From: Fistulifera solaris
Lineage: Eukaryota
Direction: 5' to 3'
NCBI GenBank assembly: GCA_030295235.1
Contig: AP026162.1
Coordinates: 1,860,001-1,924,000, forward strand
DNA length: 64,000 bases
Part shown: piece after piece, positions 60,032 through 64,000 of the stretch
Position numbering within the stretch: position 1 is the stretch's first letter
Layout: each line of letters starts with the position of its first letter
Notes under the pieces: generated by a model
The model's input: only the letters and a program-made list of their open reading frames with translations
What the model was told of the DNA's origin: nothing
Database searches by the model: none
Made by a program: the position numbers and the translations under genes

Positions 60032-61990
60032 ATGTTTCAAGTAGGAAGATACGATCCAAGTGAGCGGGAAAGGCCGCGGGCTGCGGAACTAAAGCTACCC
60101 CACAAGGACAACGGCGACAAAAAGCGTACACACGACGAGTCAAAGAAGCATGCAAGAGGATTGCGTGTGATTGCACCCGATGAATCTGCCAACAATAAGA
60201 GGCAACGGCAGATGGATAATCTTGCCAAGAACCATGATCCTGTGCTTAGTGAAGCTATCGACGATCTCGATTTGCTTTTCGTCGATGGCGATGATGTACG
60301 AGCCGACGAAGATCAGGATATAGTCGCAGAGCACCAGCTTGATAGTATCACAGCAACTGAATTAGACAGCGCTCTCAAATGGTCGAAGCGACCTCTGAAA
60401 GAAGCTGCTACAGCTTTCAAAATGGCTCCATTTCTGATTGAGAAATTACAAGCGAAGTATGAAAGCTTCTTTGCCGTGCAAGCCTGGTCGATTCTACAAG
60501 TTTTATGGCAGTTTTCTGCTTTGCAACAGCAGCTGGAATCAGATATTTGTATTACAGCACCAACAGGATCAGGGAAAACTTTAGCTTACGGGTTACCCAT
60601 ATTACATTCCTTAGCGTCGAGACCTCGTCCCAAGCGACAATTGCGGGCACTGATTGTGCTCCCAAGCCGAGACCTTGCCCAGCAAGTCTACCGAGTGTTT
60701 CAAGATTACTGTGACACAGATTCCAAGCTTCGGGTCGGCTTGGCGATAGGACAGTCAAATTTCAAAGCGGAGCAAGTTGCACTAACTGTTGACGAAGATG
60801 CCAAGGAGGACATGGAAATGTTGAGACATCGGTTACAGTTTGAACCGGGAAATCTTGAGCTGGCTCTGGAAATTTTTCGTCGACCTGTTGAAGTCAAACA
60901 ATCATTGTTGTCATCGTCAAAAAGTAATGTCGATATTCTTGTTTGTACGCCTGGTCGCTTGGTTGATCACCTGGACAGGACACCTGGTTTCTCTTTGCAG
61001 TACTTGGAATTTCTTGTCGTGGACGAAGCAGACAGGTTGTTGAACCAACGTTACCATAACTGGATGGACCGAGTTTTCGAATCCGTGGAGAATCCCTTGC
61101 GTCTTCGTAAGTTCTTAGTATCAGCCACCATGACACGCGATCCACGTAAACTAGCCCCCTTGCGGCTGTGCAACCCAAAGCACTTTGACGGACACAACAA
61201 CACGCTCAACGCCAGTTTGGCAGAGAAGGATAAACTGTATTCTATGCCGGACTCACTGCAGGAATCCACCATTGAATGCACGGCGGAGCAGAAGCCCCTG
61301 GTCCTGCTGGCCTTATTACTTGAGATACTACCACAAAAGATTAGTAAAAAACGGCATCTCGTTATTGTCTTCACATCGAGCGTTGATTCAACTCATCGAC
61401 TAACGCGCTTGCTGCAACTACTCTGGACTACCGTTGGTCGATCACCGAGTGCAGTGGTGGAATTTTCCGGTGCTGCGAAAGGTCCTGACCGGGCTAAGCT
61501 GCTGCAACAATGCAATGAAGATGCGTCGATACAAGTTCTAGTTTGCTCGGACGGTTTGTCACGTGGGATGGATATCAAAGATGTGGGTACTGTAATTCAT
61601 TACGATGTACCGTCTTTGGCGAAGACGTATGTGCACCGCTGTGGACGAACTGCGAGAGCTGGGCAAAGTGGGTCGGCCATTGCTCTTTTGAAAGGACAAG
61701 GTCAGGCCGGGCAGTTTTGGAATCTTCGCAGAAAGCTAGTGCAAGGCGCAGATAGGGTCGTGAAGAACCGAAGCCTCCACAAACATCTTGTACGTAATGT
61801 TCCTTATCAGCAATGCCTGAGCGCTCTCAAGGAAGTGTTACAAGCAGAAGACGAGGGCGAACTTCGGCCTTACGATCTCCTTGGAGAGGAGTATTATCCT
61901 CGGACCGTGGGCGTCTCTCGAGCGACACCAACTGTCCGTGAAAGTGAAAATACCACCAGTGGGTCGGATGTTGAAAGCGATAGCGATTAA
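60032..61990 (+). CDS. DBP6: DEAD-box RNA helicase DDX51/Dbp6
   Basis: APTGSGKTLAY, PSRDLA, TPGRLVDHL, DEADRLL, SAT, SRGMD, YVHRCGRTARAG. Confidence 0.9.
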   Translation: MFQVGRYDPSERERPRAAELKLPHKDNGDKKRTHDESKKHARGLRVIAPDESANNKRQRQMDNLAKNHDPVLSEAIDDLDLLFVDGDDVRADEDQDIVAEHQLDSITATELDSALKWSKRPLKEAATAFKMAPFLIEKLQAKYESFFAVQAWSILQVLWQFSALQQQLESDICITAPTGSGKTLAYGLPILHSLASRPRPKRQLRALIVLPSRDLAQQVYRVFQDYCDTDSKLRVGLAIGQSNFKAEQVALTVDEDAKEDMEMLRHRLQFEPGNLELALEIFRRPVEVKQSLLSSSKSNVDILVCTPGRLVDHLDRTPGFSLQYLEFLVVDEADRLLNQRYHNWMDRVFESVENPLRLRKFLVSATMTRDPRKLAPLRLCNPKHFDGHNNTLNASLAEKDKLYSMPDSLQESTIECTAEQKPLVLLALLLEILPQKISKKRHLVIVFTSSVDSTHRLTRLLQLLWTTVGRSPSAVVEFSGAAKGPDRAKLLQQCNEDASIQVLVCSDGLSRGMDIKDVGTVIHYDVPSLAKTYVHRCGRTARAGQSGSAIALLKGQGQAGQFWNLRRKLVQGADRVVKNRSLHKHLVRNVPYQQCLSALKEVLQAEDEGELRPYDLLGEEYYPRTVGVSRATPTVRESENTTSGSDVESDSD

Positions 61991-62036
61991 AAATAGCTAC
62001 TGAAAGAATCTACCTTTGAATGGAGTATTTTATTGT

Positions 62037-63070
62037 TTAAGCCGATGTGACAGCATAGACACGGATCTTGTTGTCCGTGTAACCAGCAAAGAGGGTCGAG
62101 CCATCCGCCGACCAGGCGAGGCACGTGCAAGCCGGGGTTTTGCCATTTTCGGTTTCCTCCGGACGCAAGGTATCGACGACGACCTTGGATTCCAGATCCC
62201 AAATCTTGATCGAGTCATCGGTGGCGGCGCACAACCAATATCGGTTTGGTGAGAACACCAATCCGTGAATAATTTCACCGGCATCGAGAGAGTACAAGCG
62301 CTTGCCCTCGTTGAGGTCCCAAAGCATGGCGGTATTGTCCTTTCCTCCACTGGCGGCCAAGGAACCATCCGGGGAAACACAGACGGTATTCAAGTATCCG
62401 GTGTGTCCAACGAGGTCGTTGCGGAGTTCACAGTTGGTGAGGTTCCAGACCTTGACAAGTCGATCCCAACCAGCCGAAACAATAAGAGGGACCGACTGCG
62501 AAGGAGAGAATCGTACGCAAGAAACCCACTCGCTGTGGCCCTTGGAGTCTCCGCTGATAGTGTACTTGCATTCACCGAGAGTGTTCCAGAGACGGATGGT
62601 TTTGTCACGAGAACCTGAAAAAGAAGATAAAAATCGGTTAGGACAACTTGTATTCTCTTGTGATACCTCAGTTCGTTCGTAACGCTTCAAAGTGACATAC
62701 CGGATACAATCTGACGGTTATCTACCGAGAAAGCGACCGACAAGACATCTTTCTCGTGTCCTACAAATCGGCGAGTCGTCTTTCCTGTGCTAATATCCCA
62801 CAATCGCAATTCGGAGTCCCAACTGGCACTGAGAGCAAAAGCACCGTCCGAAGAGAGCACAACATCCGACACGAAGTGATTGTGTCCACGAAGGGCGCGG
62901 CGAGCATAGCCGTACTCTTCACTGCTGTGGGTCAAGTGCCACACAACAATGGACTTGTCTCGTGAAGACGAAACCAAGAGGTTGGGATCTTCCGGAGTGG
63001 TGGCAAGGCTGGTAACCCAGTCACCGTGAGTGGCAAGAACGCCGCGCAGAACCAAAGTATCAGATGACAT
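62037..63070 (-). CDS. RACK1: RACK1 (ribosome-associated WD40 protein)
   Basis: [20 protein letters not shown]...[15 protein letters not shown]...[10 protein letters not shown]; intron 62700..62615. Confidence 0.97.
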
Positions 63071-63323
63071 TGCTAAATAGTGATGACTTGACAGAAAATT
63101 GCTATTGCAGTCGTCTGGATTTCGTGATGTCGAACAGGCAAAGGACGTTCACTCTTTCCAGCAGGTGGACGAGAAACGCTCGTTTACGCAGTCCACCGCG
63201 TACACACAATTTTTTACTTCTTCTCGATTTACTAAACCGTCAGTAGCCCGGGTCGCGGACAGGAAACATGGTGTTTTACAATGTGACTTTTGTACTTAAG
63301 TCAAAACCACTTTGCACACACAA

Positions 63324-63414
63324 CTCTCGATAGCTCAGTTGGCAGAGCGGCAGACTGTAGAAGGTTTACTATGCATTTATCTGTAGGTCACTGGTTCGAT
63401 TCCAGTTCGAGAGA
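63324..63414 (+). tRNA. tRNA-Tyr(GTA) with 18-nt intron
   Basis: Acceptor stem CTCTCGA/TCGAGAG, D arm TAGCTCAGTTGGCAGAGC, anticodon GTA 63357-63359, intron 63361..63378 at the canonical 37/38 position, T loop GGTTCGATTCC; 73 nt spliced. Confidence 0.96.
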
Positions 63415-63521
63415 TTGTTTCTGCTTTTTGTCAATATCATCTTTTTTCAAAGAAAATGAAGCACTTTTTTCCGCAACCGCAACAAGCAAGCATTCTTCAT
63501 TTACTACTTCACTCAAACAAC

Positions 63522-64000
63522 ATGGCGGCTCCTCCAGAACAAAAAAAATCCGAAGCCTGCTCCGATTCCAGAAAGGAAAGAGACGGGAGAGAAACAGGTC
63601 CGCTTTTCGGAAAACACAAAAACCGACGCATCCGCGAAACAACAACCGTACTCGAGAAGAATTGTACTTGCTGGTAAAGGCAAGGGTAAAGCGAAACCTA
63701 TCCGCGATGTAGGAATTTTTATTGCAATATTTGCGGTACTTATGTTCATAACACGAGATTTTGAAAAGTCGGTTGTCACCAATCCAGACGAAGATGAAGA
63801 TGCAATTGTTCCGCAAGATCCGATTGCTGATAAGCTAAATAAACTTGCCAATGCATTCGTCAAATTGGCACAATCAGATATGGATTCAAAGCCATTTAGA
63901 AAGGAGCCGTGCGATATATTTCTACGGCTGGGGACGATTCCCAAAACAGGCTACAGTTTATTTGCCGGAAGAAATTATACCCAGGATGAAATGATCCCCA
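63522..64000 (+). CDS. Partial CDS: single-TM protein entering a probable diatom SET-like domain
   Basis: After removing one A from the run near 63545 the frame is open to the window end: ...VGIFIAIFAVLMFI (TM)...PCDIFLRLGTIPKTGYSLFAGRNYTQDEMIP, resembling the CxxxLxxSxIPxxGxGxFAG start of SET domains. Confidence 0.55.

Noticed and set aside
63290..63712. 140-aa ORF spanning the tRNA
   Set aside because: Overlaps the tRNA-Tyr gene and the better-supported frameshifted CDS from 63522.

Overview
Eukaryotic nuclear DNA, gene-dense, with short GT-AG introns. Gene content (CPF1 photolyase, bipartite plastid-targeting presequences, diatom-style bZIP, kinase and SET families) points to a diatom, probably a pennate. 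About 30 protein genes and one intron-containing tRNA-Tyr can be read. Many conserved genes (eIF5, cohesin SA, NDR kinase, VPS13, PSMD5) carry single-base frameshifts, mostly in homopolymers, so this looks like an unpolished long-read assembly rather than a set of pseudogenes. Most interesting: (1) an intronless, strongly codon-biased ABCC/MRP transporter without TMD0 whose promoter holds a dense TGACGT cluster and three copies of a TGACG-N9-CGTCA inverted element, a candidate CO2- or light-regulated HLA3-like transporter; (2) two tandem bZIP paralogs whose own promoters carry the same motif; (3) a bacterial-type alanine racemase with large insertions and altered specificity residues; (4) a CPF1 gene with a cryptic plastid-type presequence plus a C-terminal NLS. 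Family assignments come from recognised motifs; no searches were run.
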